NCBI GenBank assembly: GCA_963741905.1 | Contig: CAVUJZ010000006.1 | Coordinates: 20,151-84,150 of the forward strand | Direction of reading: 5' to 3' | Length of the DNA: 64,000 bases | Source of the DNA: an uncultured Acidobacteriota bacterium | GTDB lineage: Bacteria > Acidobacteriota > Thermoanaerobaculia > Gp7-AA8 > CAVUJZ01 | In this document: positions 32,035 through 43,089 of the stretch, one piece after another | How the letters are laid out: each line of letters starts with the position of its first letter | Numbering within the stretch: position 1 is the first letter of the stretch | Made by a program: the position numbers and the translations under genes | Notes under the pieces: generated by a model | What the model saw: only the letters and a program-made list of their open reading frames with translations | Database searches by the model: none | What the model was told of the DNA's origin: nothing

Positions 32035-34130
32035 GGTCGCTGCCTGGCAGGTGCCACCATGTGGGCAAACATTCTGATGTTTGGCCTCGGTGCCACGGAG
32101 AGTGAGGGTGGCACTCGGGTCGACGGCGCCACGGAGCTTGATCGCGCTGCGGGCGGAGATCGCGCGGGGCCTGGATCTGCCTGGCAGGTGCCACCATGTG
32201 GGCAAACATTCGGAATGTTCGGCCACGAGGTGGCCACGGAGAGCTGAGGCGTGGCCACGCTGCGGGTCGACGGCGCCGCGGGGCCTGGATCGCGCTGCGG
32301 GCGGCGGTCGTGCTGGGCAAACATTCTGGATGTTTGGCCTCGGTGCCACGGAGAGTGAGGGTGGCACTCGGGTCGACAGCGCCACGGAGCTTGATCGCGC
32401 TGCGGGCGGAGATCGCGCGGGGCTCGGATCTGCCTGGCAGGTGCCACCATGGCCGAACATCGGAATGATTCGGCCACGAGGTGGGCAAACATTCTGAGGC
32501 GTGTCCACGCTGCGGGCGGAGATCGCGCGGGGCCTGGATCTTCCCCAGCTGCCACCATGTGGGCAAACATTCTGATGTTTGGCCTCGGTGCCACGGAGAG
32601 TGAGGGTGGCACTCGGGTCGACGGCGCCACGGAGCTTGATCGCGCTGCGGGCGGAGATCGCGCGGGGCCTCGGATCTGCCTGGCAGGTGCCACCATGGCC
32701 GAACATCGGAATGATTCGGGCCGACGAGGTGGGCAAACATTCTGAGGCGTGTCCACGCTGCGGGCGGCGGTCGCGCGGGGCCTGGATCTTCCCAGGTGCC
32801 ACCATGTGGGCAAACATTCTGATGTTTGGCCATCGTGCCACGGAGAGTGAGGGTGGCACTCGGGTCGACGGCGCCACGGAGCTTGATCGCGCTGCGGGCG
32901 GAGATCGCGCGGGGCTCGGATCTGCCTGGCAGGTGCCACCATGTGGGCAAACATTCTGATGTTTGGCCATCGTGCCACGGAGAGTGAGGGTGGACACTCG
33001 GGTCGACGGCGCCACGGAGCTTGATCGCGCTGCGGGCGGAGATCGCGCGGGGCTCGGATCTGCCTGGCAGGTGCCACCATGTGGGCAAACATTCGACATT
33101 CTGATGTTTGGCCTCGGTGCCACGGAGAGTGAGGGGTGGCACTCGGGTCGACGGCGCCACGGAGCTTGATCGCGCTGCGGGCGGAGATCGCGCGGGGCTC
33201 GGATCTGCCTGGCAGGTGCCACCATGTGGGCAAACATTCTGATGTTTGGCCATTCGTGCCACGGAGAGTGAGGGCAGGCACTCGGGTCGACGGCGCCACG
33301 GAGCTTGTCCACGCTGCGGGCGGAGATCGCGCGGGGCCTGGATCTGCCTGGCAGGTGCCACCATGTGGGCGAACATTCTGATGTTTGGCCATTCGTGCCA
33401 CGGAGAGTGAGGGTGGCACTCGGGTCGACGGCGCCACGGAGCTTGATCCACGCTGCGGGCGGAGATGGCGCGGGGGCCTCGGATCTGCCTGGCAGGTGCC
33501 ACCATGGGCGAACATCGGAATGATTCGGCCACAAGGTGGGCACAACATTCTGAGGCGTGTCCACTGCGGCCGGAGATCGCGCGGGGCCTGGATCTGCCTG
33601 GCAGGTGCCACCATGGCCGAACATCGGAATGATTCGGCCACAAGGTGGGCAAACATTCTGAGGCGTGTCCACGCTGCGGGCGGCGATCGCGCGGGGCCTG
33701 GATCTTCCCAGGTGCCACCATGTGGGCAAACATTCTGATGTTTGGCCTCGGTGCCACGGAGAGTGAGGGTGGCACTCGGGTCGACGGCGCCACGGAGCTT
33801 GACCACGCTGCGGGCGGAGATCGCGCGGGGCCTCGGATGCTGCCGGCAGGTGCCACCATGGCCGAACATCGGAATGATTCGGCCACAAGGTGGGCAAACA
33901 TTCTGAGGCGTGTCCACGCTGCGGGCGGCGGTCGCGCGGGGCCTGGATCTTCCCAGGCTGCCACCATGTGGGCAAACATTCTGAGGTTTGGCCTCGGTGC
34001 CACGGAGAGTGAGGGTGGCACTCGGGTCGACGGCGCCACGGAGCTTGATCGCGCTGCGGGCGGAGATCGCGCGGATCTGCCTGGCAGGTGCCACCATGGC
34101 CGAACATCGGAATGATTCGGCCACGAGGCG
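32035..34130. repeat. 2.1-kb complex tandem array of two alternating related units (~140 bp and ~110 bp), ~15 units, non-coding. Lies immediately 3' of protease A.
   Basis: Long unit ggcaggtgccaccatgtgggcaaacattctgatgtttggcctcggtgccacggagagtgagggtggcactcgggtcgacggcgccacggagcttgatcgcgctgcgggcggagatcgcgcggggcctggatctgcct. Short unit has ...ccatggccgaacatcggaatgattcggccacgaggtgggcaaacattctgaggcgtgtccacgctgcggg... Internal palindromes GTGCCAC/GTGGCAC and CAAACAT/ATGTTTG. Periods are not multiples of 3. Confidence 0.9.
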
Positions 34131-34140
34131 GAGACTCTGA

Positions 34141-36708
34141 CTACGGCCGGTGGACGGTGTGGAGCCGCTCGCTCCCGACGATGACCTCCACGGTTCTGCT
34201 GTTGACACTGCCGCAGGAGTTGTAGACCCGCACCCAGTAGTTCGTGGTCGCAGAGGTGCGACACCGATGGTTCGCACCGTACCTCCCGACAGTGGGTGGG
34301 TGGTATCGCCACGCCGCCCTTCATACCACTGATAGCGCGGACTGGTTCCGCTCGCAGAGACCGAGAGGCTGGCAAACTCACCCGGCGCAATGACCTTGTC
34401 CGAGGGCTGGCTCGTGATCGATGGAGGTGCGCACGCCGAGGTGACCGTCACCGTGACGCTGTTGCTCATCGCGGAGCCGCAACTGTTGAACACCCGAACC
34501 CAGTAGGTCGTCGTCGTCGACGGCGCCACGCCGATCGATGACGCCGTCCCTCCACTCAGCGGATGCGACGTATCGCCTCGGTTGCCCCGATACCACTGGT
34601 ACTGAAGATCGCTCCCGGATGCACCGACGGTGAGCGTCGCGAACTGACCTGGGTTCACCGTCGCCCCCCTCGGCTGCGAAGTGATCGATGGTGCGGTACA
34701 GGAAGAGGTCACCGTCACCGTCGCCGTGTTGCTGTTGACTGACCCGCAACTGTTGTACACCCGCACCCAGTAGTTCGTCGTCGTCGACGGAGCGACACCG
34801 ACCGAGGCCGAGGTCCCCCCGCTCAGCGGATGCGACGTATCGCCTCGGGTTCCCTGGTACCACTGGTACTGCAGACTCGAACCTGTCGCGCCGACCGACA
34901 GCGACGCGAACTGACCCTGCTGGACCGTCCGGTTCGGCGGCTGCGACGTGATCGACGGTGCGGTACAGGCCGAGGTCACCGTCACCGTCGCCGCATTGCT
35001 GTTGACCGAGCCACAACTGTTCGACACCCGCACCCAATAGCTCGTCGTCGTCGAAGGAGACACACCGATGGAAGCGGACGTCCCCCCGCCGACCGGATGC
35101 GACGTATCCCCTCTTCGAGCCCTGGTACCACTGGTACTGCAGGCTGGAACCTGTCGCGCCGACCGACAGCGTTGCGAACTGACCCTGCTGAACGGTCTTG
35201 TTCAACGGCTGACTGGTGATCGATGGAGCGGCACAGGCCGAGGTCACCGTCACCGTCGCCGTGTTGCTGTTGACCGAGCCACAACTGTTCGACACCCGCA
35301 CCCAGTAGCTCGTCGTCGTCGAAGGCGCGACGGAGACGGACGAGGCGATGCCACCGCTGACCGGGCTGGAGGTGTCACCCTTCGAGCCGCGATACCACTG
35401 GTACTGAAGGCTGGTCCCCGATGCCCCCACCGACAGTGTGGTGGACTGCCCCTGGGAGATGGTCCGGCTCGACGGCTGCGTGCTGATGGAGGGAGCCGTG
35501 CAGGAGGGGCCGGTTGCTCCGGCGATGTAGAAGGCGACCGAGTTGTTGGGACGCCTTCCGGGGTGAGTTCCGAGAATCGTCGTATATCCGACTATCCGTT
35601 CCGGAACCGTAGAGCGCCCTCACCGCGGCAACGTCCCACGCCTGCAGACTTCCGTTCAGGCCGCCGACGATGTTCGAGTTCATCACCGCACCGCTGGAAC
35701 AGTCCAGCGGAGCCGAGCAGTGCGAGCTCGGATTGTTGGTCTGGTCCTGATTGGAGTGACGGAAGCCGAGTGTATGCCCCACCTCATGGGTCATCGCCGT
35801 GTTGTAGTTGTTCTGACCCAGGGTCGAGGAGCTCACCCCGTCCTGAACCACGACGTCGCTGTAGGTGATCGTCGTGTAGGTCTTGCCACCCTTGCTGTTG
35901 GTTCCGCCGCCGCCATAGAAGGCGGTCGCCACGACGCCACTCCCGTTGAAGGTTCCGCTGATGGAGTTGTGCGGGTCATCGACGATGATCCGGTCCTGCC
36001 CGTCGTCGCCCTTGGAATCGCCCGATGCCGCGGACCCGGCAAGGCTGTAATTGACCGTGGATCCCGGATCGCTGGTCCATGCGGAGACGGCAATCTGTGC
36101 CGCCTGGGCGGTGTTGAGATTGTTGACCAGCGGAACCAGCACCTGCGCGTCTTCGACCATCGAAGCCGTGGGTGCGCTCACCAGATCCCGGATCCGCTGC
36201 AGAAACAGCACAGCGGACCGGGGCTGCTCCAGGTGCCGCGCGCCATCCATGTCCCAGCCGTTGATCTCGCCCTGCTTCCGCTCGAGAATCAGCGAGCCTC
36301 TCCGGACCTCGAACCGGAACTGACCGAGCGCGAGGTCGAGCGTGGTCCATTCGCCGTTCGCTTCGCGATCGAGGAAGACCAGAACCTGCTCGCCCGGACG
36401 GTACTCCGGTGCGCCGACCTCGACGGTGAAGCGGTCACCCATCCGCCCCCCCACTCGACCACGTCGACCATACCGCCGTCCGGACGGCCCTTGAGAACCT
36501 CGTCGATCGCAATCCGGTTGACCGTCTGGATCTCGCCATCCGGCCCCAGACGAGGATACGTGTCGATCACCATTCCTCGAATGATGGCGTCGGCTCGACC
36601 GACCAGGATCTCGTCTGGCGGGACCACGTACGTGGCGGCCATCGCGGACGGGACCAGAAGAAGCGATGCAAGGGAAAGAAGGGCGAAACGAATGGCAGGG
36701 AACTTCAC
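34141..36708 (-). CDS. Secreted matrixin-like zinc metalloprotease with about 7 C-terminal Ig-like (I-set-type) repeats (paralog A). Several frameshifts.
   Basis: Signal peptide MKFPAIRFALLSLASLLLVPSAMA. MTHEVGHTLGFRHS (HEXXHXXGXXHS). Repeated ~95-aa modules ...PSITSQP..TV..GQFA(S/T)LSV.A.G..LQYQWY.G..GDTS.P..G....IGVAPS.TT.YWVRV.NSCGS.NSN.ATVTVT. True C-terminus is ...NSCGSVNSRTVEVIVGSERLHTVHRP* (TAG at 34141). Frame breaks near 36450, 35430, 35060 and 34230. Confidence 0.75.
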
Positions 36709-36871
36709 GGAAACCTCCGGATCATCACCTGGGATCAGGCTGCAGCGAGCGCGAGCGCCAGGGATGGAATTGAATGGATGAGCTCACAATAAGTTTTTCG
36801 GAAATTCATCTTTCGTGCCGTTACGGGTGGGCGATTTTCTTGCACCGTGCCTCCCCCCCGAGGAGGACCCG

Positions 36872-37530
36872 ATGAAGAGACTGGCGCTTTGTTTCGCAGG
36901 AGCTCTGATGGCGGCTGCCGTCCCGTTGAAGGCCGAGCGGACGGTGCGGCTGACCGGCTCAGTGAGCTGGGTCAGCACCAAAGCCGATGACCACGTGGCC
37001 GGTCATCCCAGCCCCGATACCGCCCGGGTGGAGATCGACAACGCCACCGGGTTCGGCCTCTCACTCAATCTCTTCTGGAGTGATCAGTGGTCCACCGAAG
37101 TGGCCACCGCCATCGCCGAGCCGAACAAGATCTACGTGAGCGCCGCGGACACCGCCGCGACGCTCGACAACAGGAAGGGATCAAGATCGTCCCGATCACC
37201 CTCACCCTCCAGTACCACTATCATCCCGACGGGAAGATCTCCCCCTACGCCGGCATCGGCGGTGCCTGGATCGTCTTCGACGATCTCAATCGGGAGACCT
37301 CCTTCTCGGAGATCAGCGTCGGCGGGGTGAACTTTCAGAACAGCGTCGGACTGCTCCTCAACCTCGGAGCGGACGTGAAGATCAGCGGACCCTGGTCGAT
37401 CAATATCGACGGCAAGTACGTCCCGCTGGATACCTCCACGAAGGGCATCTTCGACAGCACCGGCACCAGTACCGCCGACTTCACCGTCAATCCCCTCATC
37501 ATCAGCGCCGGAATCTCGTACAACTGGTGA
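36872..37530 (+). CDS. OmpW-family outer-membrane protein (paralog A). Frameshift near 37160. Divergent from protease A.
   Basis: Signal peptide MKRLALCFAGALMAAAVPLKA. ...LFWSDQWSTEVA... and C-terminal PLIISAGISYNW. Collinear with the intact paralog at 41615. Confidence 0.75.
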
Positions 37531-37542
37531 CCGGATGAGGAC

Positions 37543-37868
37543 GGTGGGAGGTGGGAGGTGGGAGGTGAGAGGTGGGAGGTGGGAGGTGAGAGGTGAGAGG
37601 TGAGAGGTGAGAGGTGGGAGGTGGGAGGTGGGAGGTGAGAGGTGAGAGGTGAGAGGTGGGAGGTGGGAGGTGGGAGGTGAGAGGTGGGAGGTGAGAGGTG
37701 AGAGGTGAGAGGTGAGAGGTGGGAGGTGAGAGGTGAGAGGTGGGAGGTGAGAGGTGGGAGGTGAGAGGTGAGAGGTGAGAGGTGGGAGGTGAGAGGTGAG
37801 AGGTGAGAGGTGGGAGGTGAGAGGTGAGAGGTGAGAGGTGGGAGGTGAGAGGTGAGAGGTGAGAGGTG
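37543..37868. repeat. Heptanucleotide satellite (GAGGTGG/GAGGTGA)n, ~46 copies.
   Basis: Pure gtgggag/gtgagag tandem run. Confidence 0.9.
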
Positions 37869-38470
37869 CTTTCTCGCCTGTGGATGAACATTCCGATGTT
37901 CATCATCGTCCCACAGGACTAAAGCATCCTGCTTCCGAAGCCATCCCCCTCCCTGCCAACGAAGCGGCAGCGTCTCCTTCTCGACGATCCCGGTCGCCAT
38001 TGTCGTGTCGAGCGGGTGGGTGGCCGGGCATGCGAGACATCTCATCCGATGCGAGAAGGACCCTCCAGGCGCAGAAGCTTCGCGTGGGGCGGGTGTCGAG
38101 CAAAACGGTCGTGATCGCATCGGGGGAGGTCCCTCGCCTGCCCTTCCGCCCGCCCGCTCGGGACGACCTATGGATGAACATTCCGATGTTCATCATCGTC
38201 CCACAGGACTAAAGCATCCTGCTTCACCAAGCCCTCGTCCGAAGCCCTCCCCTCCCTGTCAACCAAGCACGTCTCCGTCTCGACGAGCCGGTGGCCATTG
38301 TCGTGTCGAGCGGGTGGGTGGCCGGGCATGCGAGACATCTCATCCGATGCGAGAAGGACACTCCAGGCGCAGAAGCTGCGTGTGGGGCGGGTGTCGAGCA
38401 AAACGGTCGTGATCGCATCGGCGGAGGTCCCTCGCCTGCCCTTCCGCCCGCCCGCTCGGGACGACAAGGG
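37869..38470. repeat. Two tandem copies of a ~295-bp unit. Each is a palindromic TGGATGAACATTCCGATGTTCATCA box plus one REPIN-like hairpin element.
   Basis: tggatgaacattccgatgttcatcatcgtcccacaggactaaagcatcctgcttc at 37876 and 38163, each followed by ttgtcgtgtcgagcgggtgggtggccgggcatgcgagacatctcatccgatgcga...ccgcccgcccgctcgggacga. Confidence 0.8.
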
Positions 38471-38525
38471 CCACCTCTCTGGCTGAGCAGGCGGGCGTCT
38501 CTCACCTCCTCACCGCTCCACCCCG

Positions 38526-41518
38526 TCAGGGTCGGCGCGCCCCGTGGCGACGAGTCGATGGGGTTCGTTCGATCACCGCCGCGTCGCTGTCGATGAAGCC
38601 ACCGCAGTCGTTGGTCACCCGAACGAAGAAGCTGGAGGTGTGGCCTCGAGGAGGCGTGAGCAGTTCAAACGTGGTGGCACCCCGCAACAGGTGGGACGTA
38701 TCGCCGCTGGCACCCTCGTACCACTGGTACTTCAATCCCGTCCCGGTCGCTCCGACGAAGATGGTCGTCCGCTCCGAGGGCCCGATCGTGGTTCCCACCG
38801 GCTGAATGGTGATCGCCGGCTTCGGGCAGGTCCCCGTCACGGTGACCGTGGCCGCCTCGCTGTTCACACTCCCGCAGTCGTTGCTGACTTTCACCCAGTA
38901 GGTCGTGGTCACCGACGGGGCAACGCCGATCGACGGAATCGTCCCGCTGGAGAGCGGATGACTCTCGTCACCCTTCGCTCCCGCGTACCACTGATACTGC
39001 AGATCCGTTCCCGTCGCGGTCACAGCCAGCGGGGCGAAGTCCCCTGGATTGACGGTGACGTTCGCGGGTTGAACCGTGATGGCAGGAGCCACACAGACCG
39101 TGGCCACCGTCACCGTGACGGTATTGCTGCTCGCGCTTCCGCAGTCGTTGGTGATCTTCACCCAGTAGCTCGTGGTCGTGGCGGGTGCGACGCCAATCGA
39201 CGCGGTGTCGCCACCGGAGATCGGATTGCTCTCGTCCGGTTTGGTTCCCTTGTACCACTGGTACTGGAGATTGGTGCCGGTTGCGGTGACCGAAAGCGAG
39301 GCGAACTCGCCCGGCTGGACGGTGGCGCCGGTGGGCTGCACGGTGATCGCCGGGGCGGTACACCCGCTGGTCACGGTGACGTGGACGGTGGCGCTGCGCG
39401 CCGAGTCGCAGGCATTGGTGATCTCGACCCAGTAGTTGGTGCTGGCCGTCAGGACCGGCGTCACAAAGGTGTTCGTTGCACTCGAGGCCGTCGAGGTCTT
39501 CTTCAGCTTGGTCGTGCTCGGGAAGTTGCCCTCGTACCACTTGTAGGTGAAGGGGGCCGTTCCGGTCACGCTCACCGAGAGCGACGCCGTGTGCCCCGTG
39601 GTGATCGTGGCATCCTGGGGCGGAGTGACGATCGACGGCGGAGTGCAGGCCGTGACGGTCACCGTTGCCGTGCTGCTGTCGACCGATCCACAACCGTTGG
39701 AGACCCGCACCCAGTAACTGGTCGTGGTGGTGAGCGCGCCGGTATTGAACGAGGACGAGTTGGTTCCCACCGGGTCGGACGTATCCGGAGCCGTGCCTCG
39801 GAACCATTCGTAGGTCGTGGCGTTGGTCGCCGAGACCGACAGCGCGGTCGAGCTCCCCTCGGTGATGGAGCGGTCCGAGGGGCCGCTGTTGATGGTCGGA
39901 TCGCAGATGGTGGTGACCGTCGCGGTGTTGGAATCGATCGAGCCGCAGGCGCTGTCGATCCGCACCCAGAACGAGGTGGTGGAATTGAGCGTACCGGTGT
40001 TCAGGGTGGACGAATCAGTTCCCACCGGGTTGGACGTGTCCGGCTTGGTGCCCTTGTACCACTGATAGCTGAGGCTGGATCCGGTGGCCGAGACGCTGAG
40101 CGTGGTCGAGGTCCCCTGAATGATCGAGTGTGCTCTGCGGCTGGGACGAGATGGATGGAGCCAGCGCAGGCGCGGGCCTGCAGCCAGTGAGACGGTACGG
40201 AGTCATGCCTGCTGCCGGCTTGGAGCGGCCCCAAAATGGTCGAAGGTGAGTCGCGTTCCGCCATGATAGCGCACAGCTGAACATTCGCCACGTACTGCAG
40301 GCGCTCACCGCTCGGTTCATGCCGAATGACCGGACATCACCAGCATTGTCCCAGCTTGGACGTCGAGGGCTGGGACGAGCGTGGGGTTCATTGACCGAGC
40401 CTGATCAGCAGTGGAAACCCGAGGGTGCGTCACATCTCGTCACGTGTTGTCGTGCGTGTCATCGAGTGCCTGAACTCGAGTGCTGCCGACGTGAACCAGG
40501 TGGAAGCCGAAATTCCTGCTACCACCACAGTCGACTGTAACGCCGCTGATCGCGGTGTCGGACCTCGATACCGATCACTTATCGTATCTGGAAAACGTAC
40601 TGGCCACTCGCGTCGAGAACGCAGTCGCGACCACCCCCGAGCCCCGTTGAAGCTGTCTACCACTGTATCCGTGAGGTGTGCCTGATGGATCCGCTCCTCG
40701 CTGTGATTCAGCTCGGTCCGGCCCATCGCTCCTTTGTGATATCACTAGGCAGACCGGATCCGCCGTCGTTCACCGAAGCGTCCGCACTCACAGTCGCCGA
40801 TCAAGAAAGTCGTACCGGCGAAGTGGGCACGAGCTGCCGCCGACTGCGATCGATCCAGGTCATTCGAGGCCGTGACGAGCATCTGTCGGATGACGAAGTA
40901 CTCGGGCGTTCGGACGAACTTCCCGCACTGTTCGCGGATAAGCTGCAGAAAATCGGTCGCGCCAGGCGAATACCTTCGCACGGGTGGGGCTCACCATCGA
41001 TATCCCATCCTAGGATTTCATCGGCCGTTCCTGATAAGCAATCTGTCCTCCCATGCTCGATCGACGGAAAAATCGAAACTGCCCCAGAGTCCAGATCCAT
41101 CTGTCGTCCATCACTACGCCCTGGTCGCTCGTGAGACAGAGAACGAGATAGCCGATGCCCAAGCTGGTACTCGCGGAGATCCTGAAACAAACATAGAAGC
41201 CGTCGCCACCGCCCACCACTGGCAATTCGACCGTCGCATGCACCCGACATTCGCCCTTCAAAACCTCATCGACCGCAAGTCGGAACACGGTTTCAATTTC
41301 GCCATCGTCGGTGCAACGGGGATACGCAGCCACAACCGTTCCGGTGACGATTCGCGTGGGCCTCTGTCCACCAGGACGTCGTCGGGCGGGACCACGAACG
41401 TCGCGGCCATGGCGCTGCTGGCGAGGATCAGAACGAGAAACGGGACCAGAAACCAGCAAAAGCATGCTGCTTCACGAGAAACCTCCGGATTATCCTGTCG
41501 TTTTCGGGGACCCTTCAT
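38526..41518 (-). pseudogene. Decayed paralog C of the metalloprotease-Ig gene. The N-terminal and catalytic region (about 40300-41518, lower GC ~57%) is riddled with frameshifts and stops and the Zn motif is degenerate. The C-terminal Ig-repeat region (38526-40140) remains one open 499-aa frame.
   Basis: Homology blocks against paralogs A and B: signal peptide ...LILASSAMAATFVVPPDD; TVVAAYPRCTDDGEIETVFRLAVDEVLKGE; LGQFRF; GWDIDGEPH; FLQLIREQCGKFVRTPEYF; GSGVVATAF. Where HEVGHTLGFRHS is expected, FHLVHVGS is found. Five Ig modules with YQWY/YEWF and YWVRVSN.CGS. Confidence 0.6.
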
Positions 41519-41614
41519 TGTACGCCACCCGAACCGTGATCCGGATCACAGCCGGGCCCGACGGGTTCCATCTTCGGCGATCTTTTTGCACCGAGGGCCG
41601 TCAGGAGGCCAATC

Positions 41615-42271
41615 TTGAGATCGTGGACCATTGCCGGAACCCTTCTTCTCCTCTGGGCCATGCCCGCGCTCGCCGGACCCGCCGTCCGGCTGACCGGAGG
41701 CCTGAGCTGGATCTCCACCTCGGCGGACGACTCGCTCCACGGCGCGCCGGCGGCGGGCCACGCGGAGATCGAGATCGACGACTCCACCGGCGGGTTCCTC
41801 GCCCTCAATGTCTTCTGGAGCGATCAGTGGTCCACCGAGCTCGCCGCGTCGATCGCCGAACCGGACATCATCACCACTCGATTTCAGGATGGCGAGGCCG
41901 TCCTTCTCAACGACGGCGGATTGAAGATCATCCCGGTGACCCTGACCTTCCAGTACCACTTCACCCCGGATCACAAGGTCTCGCCATTCATCGGCCTGGG
42001 CGGCGCCTGGGTCGTCTTCGATGATCTGAACACCGAAACCGACTTCTCCGACATCAGCCTGAGCAACGTCGATTTCCAGCAGAGCGTGGGACTGGTCGTC
42101 GATGTGGGCGCCGACGTCTCCCTCAGCGATCGCTGGTCGATCTACCTGGACGGGAAGTACGTCCCGCTCGACTCCTCCGCGTACGCGGTCTTCAACAGCA
42201 CCTCGGCCGGCAACACCCGGGCCTCGGTCAATCCCCTGATCATCAGCACCGGCATCTCCTACCGGTTCTGA
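41615..42271 (+). CDS. OmpW-family outer-membrane protein (paralog B, intact). Divergent from pseudogene C.
   Basis: Signal peptide. 62-65% identical in conserved blocks to the 36872 paralog (LTGGLSWISTSADD, VFWSDQWSTELAASIAEP, IIPVTLTFQYHF, PLIISTGISYRF). Confidence 0.8.
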   Translation: MRSWTIAGTLLLLWAMPALAGPAVRLTGGLSWISTSADDSLHGAPAAGHAEIEIDDSTGGFLALNVFWSDQWSTELAASIAEPDIITTRFQDGEAVLLNDGGLKIIPVTLTFQYHFTPDHKVSPFIGLGGAWVVFDDLNTETDFSDISLSNVDFQQSVGLVVDVGADVSLSDRWSIYLDGKYVPLDSSAYAVFNSTSAGNTRASVNPLIISTGISYRF

Positions 42272-42282
42272 GGACAGTTGAC

Positions 42283-42345
42283 AGGGAATGGGGGTTGGAC
42301 CTCCGGTCCGATCCCCGGCGCGCCTCCGGCCGCCGAGGGCGGGTC
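42283..42345. repeat. Inverted copy of the REP segment shared with the 231-bp array units. Forms the left flank of the RAYT gene.
   Basis: gggggttggacctccggtccgatccccggcgcgcctccggccgccgagggcgg is the reverse complement of array-unit sequence ccgccctcggcggccggaggcacgccggggatcggaccggaggtccaaccccc. Contains the palindrome GGACCTCCGGTCC. Confidence 0.65.
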
Positions 42346-42397
42346 CCTACGGAGCCAAAAGAATCGTTCTCGCCAGAACCCTCATCCAACCCTTTTG

Positions 42398-43048
42398 TCA
42401 GGGCGACTCCTGTCCAGGATTCCCGGCGCTCTCAGATCCGCGACCCACGGCCAATCCTCGAGCCCCGCTTTCTCGGGATTCCTCAGCACGTATCGCCGCG
42501 CTCTCTCGAAATGCTCCATGGAGCGGATCCACGACGTCCCAGTTGTCGTCCTGCCAGAACGCACCGCGCCGACCGAGAATCCGGTTCGCTTCCTTGGCGG
42601 TGAAGGATTTCCAGCTCCATGCGATTTTCCACCAGGGCCACTCCTTGTCCGGACGGAACATCGTATGGACGTGACTCGGCATCACGGAGTAGTTGAACAG
42701 CTCATAGCGCTGACCATCGAAGAAGCCGAGAGCTTTCGTCACCAGTTCGGCCAGCTCGGGCTTCACCAGCTCACAGCCTCCGTGGCCCCGATCGAGCTCG
42801 TCGAACAGTTCCTTGCGGACCTGTTTCTGAATCCGGCGCGTATCCGCGGGACTGACGCAACCGTAGCGATCCCTGATCTGGGCGAGCATCTCGCGGCGCT
42901 GCCGCTCGAGCTCCCACAGGTAACCGGGAGGAAGTGCATCCGCGAGGCACCAGGTGAGAAAGTAGGTCCCGCCAGGCACATCGACGTGCGGAAGGTGATT
43001 TCGCTTCCGGTATTTTGCATTGCTCAGGTCGAATGTGCTGTCCTGCAT
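42398..43048 (-). CDS. REP-associated tyrosine transposase (RAYT)-like, IS200/IS605-type Y1 HUH transposase family (216 aa).
   Basis: N-terminal RxxHLPHVDVPGGTYFLTW block (RAYT signature). HUH motif SHVHTMF. Size, and flanking by inverted REP copies. The C-terminal catalytic Tyr context is not confidently identified. Confidence 0.6.
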   Translation of the reverse strand: MQDSTFDLSNAKYRKRNHLPHVDVPGGTYFLTWCLADALPPGYLWELERQRREMLAQIRDRYGCVSPADTRRIQKQVRKELFDELDRGHGGCELVKPELAELVTKALGFFDGQRYELFNYSVMPSHVHTMFRPDKEWPWWKIAWSWKSFTAKEANRILGRRGAFWQDDNWDVVDPLHGAFRESAAIRAEESRESGARGLAVGRGSESAGNPGQESP

Positions 43049-43089
43049 TTACCGAGGCTACCTCGGAGTGGGATCGTTTGAGAAGTCGC

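Noticed and set aside
31942-35063. Very long minus-strand ORFs (721, 792 and 1020 aa) covering the 32035-34130 array.
   Set aside because: Their translations are periodic repeat artefacts (PRAISARSAIKLRGAVDPSATLTLRGTEAK... reiterated). Unit lengths are not multiples of 3. The real protease A C-terminus can be reconstructed ending at 34141. Only the part above 34141 is coding.
40300-41010. Foreign insertion (IS or other element) splitting pseudogene C.
   Set aside because: Block-by-block alignment shows the lower-GC segment is still collinear with paralogs A and B (GWDIDGEPH, FLQLIREQ...EYF, GSGVVATAF). It is decayed gene sequence rather than an inserted element.
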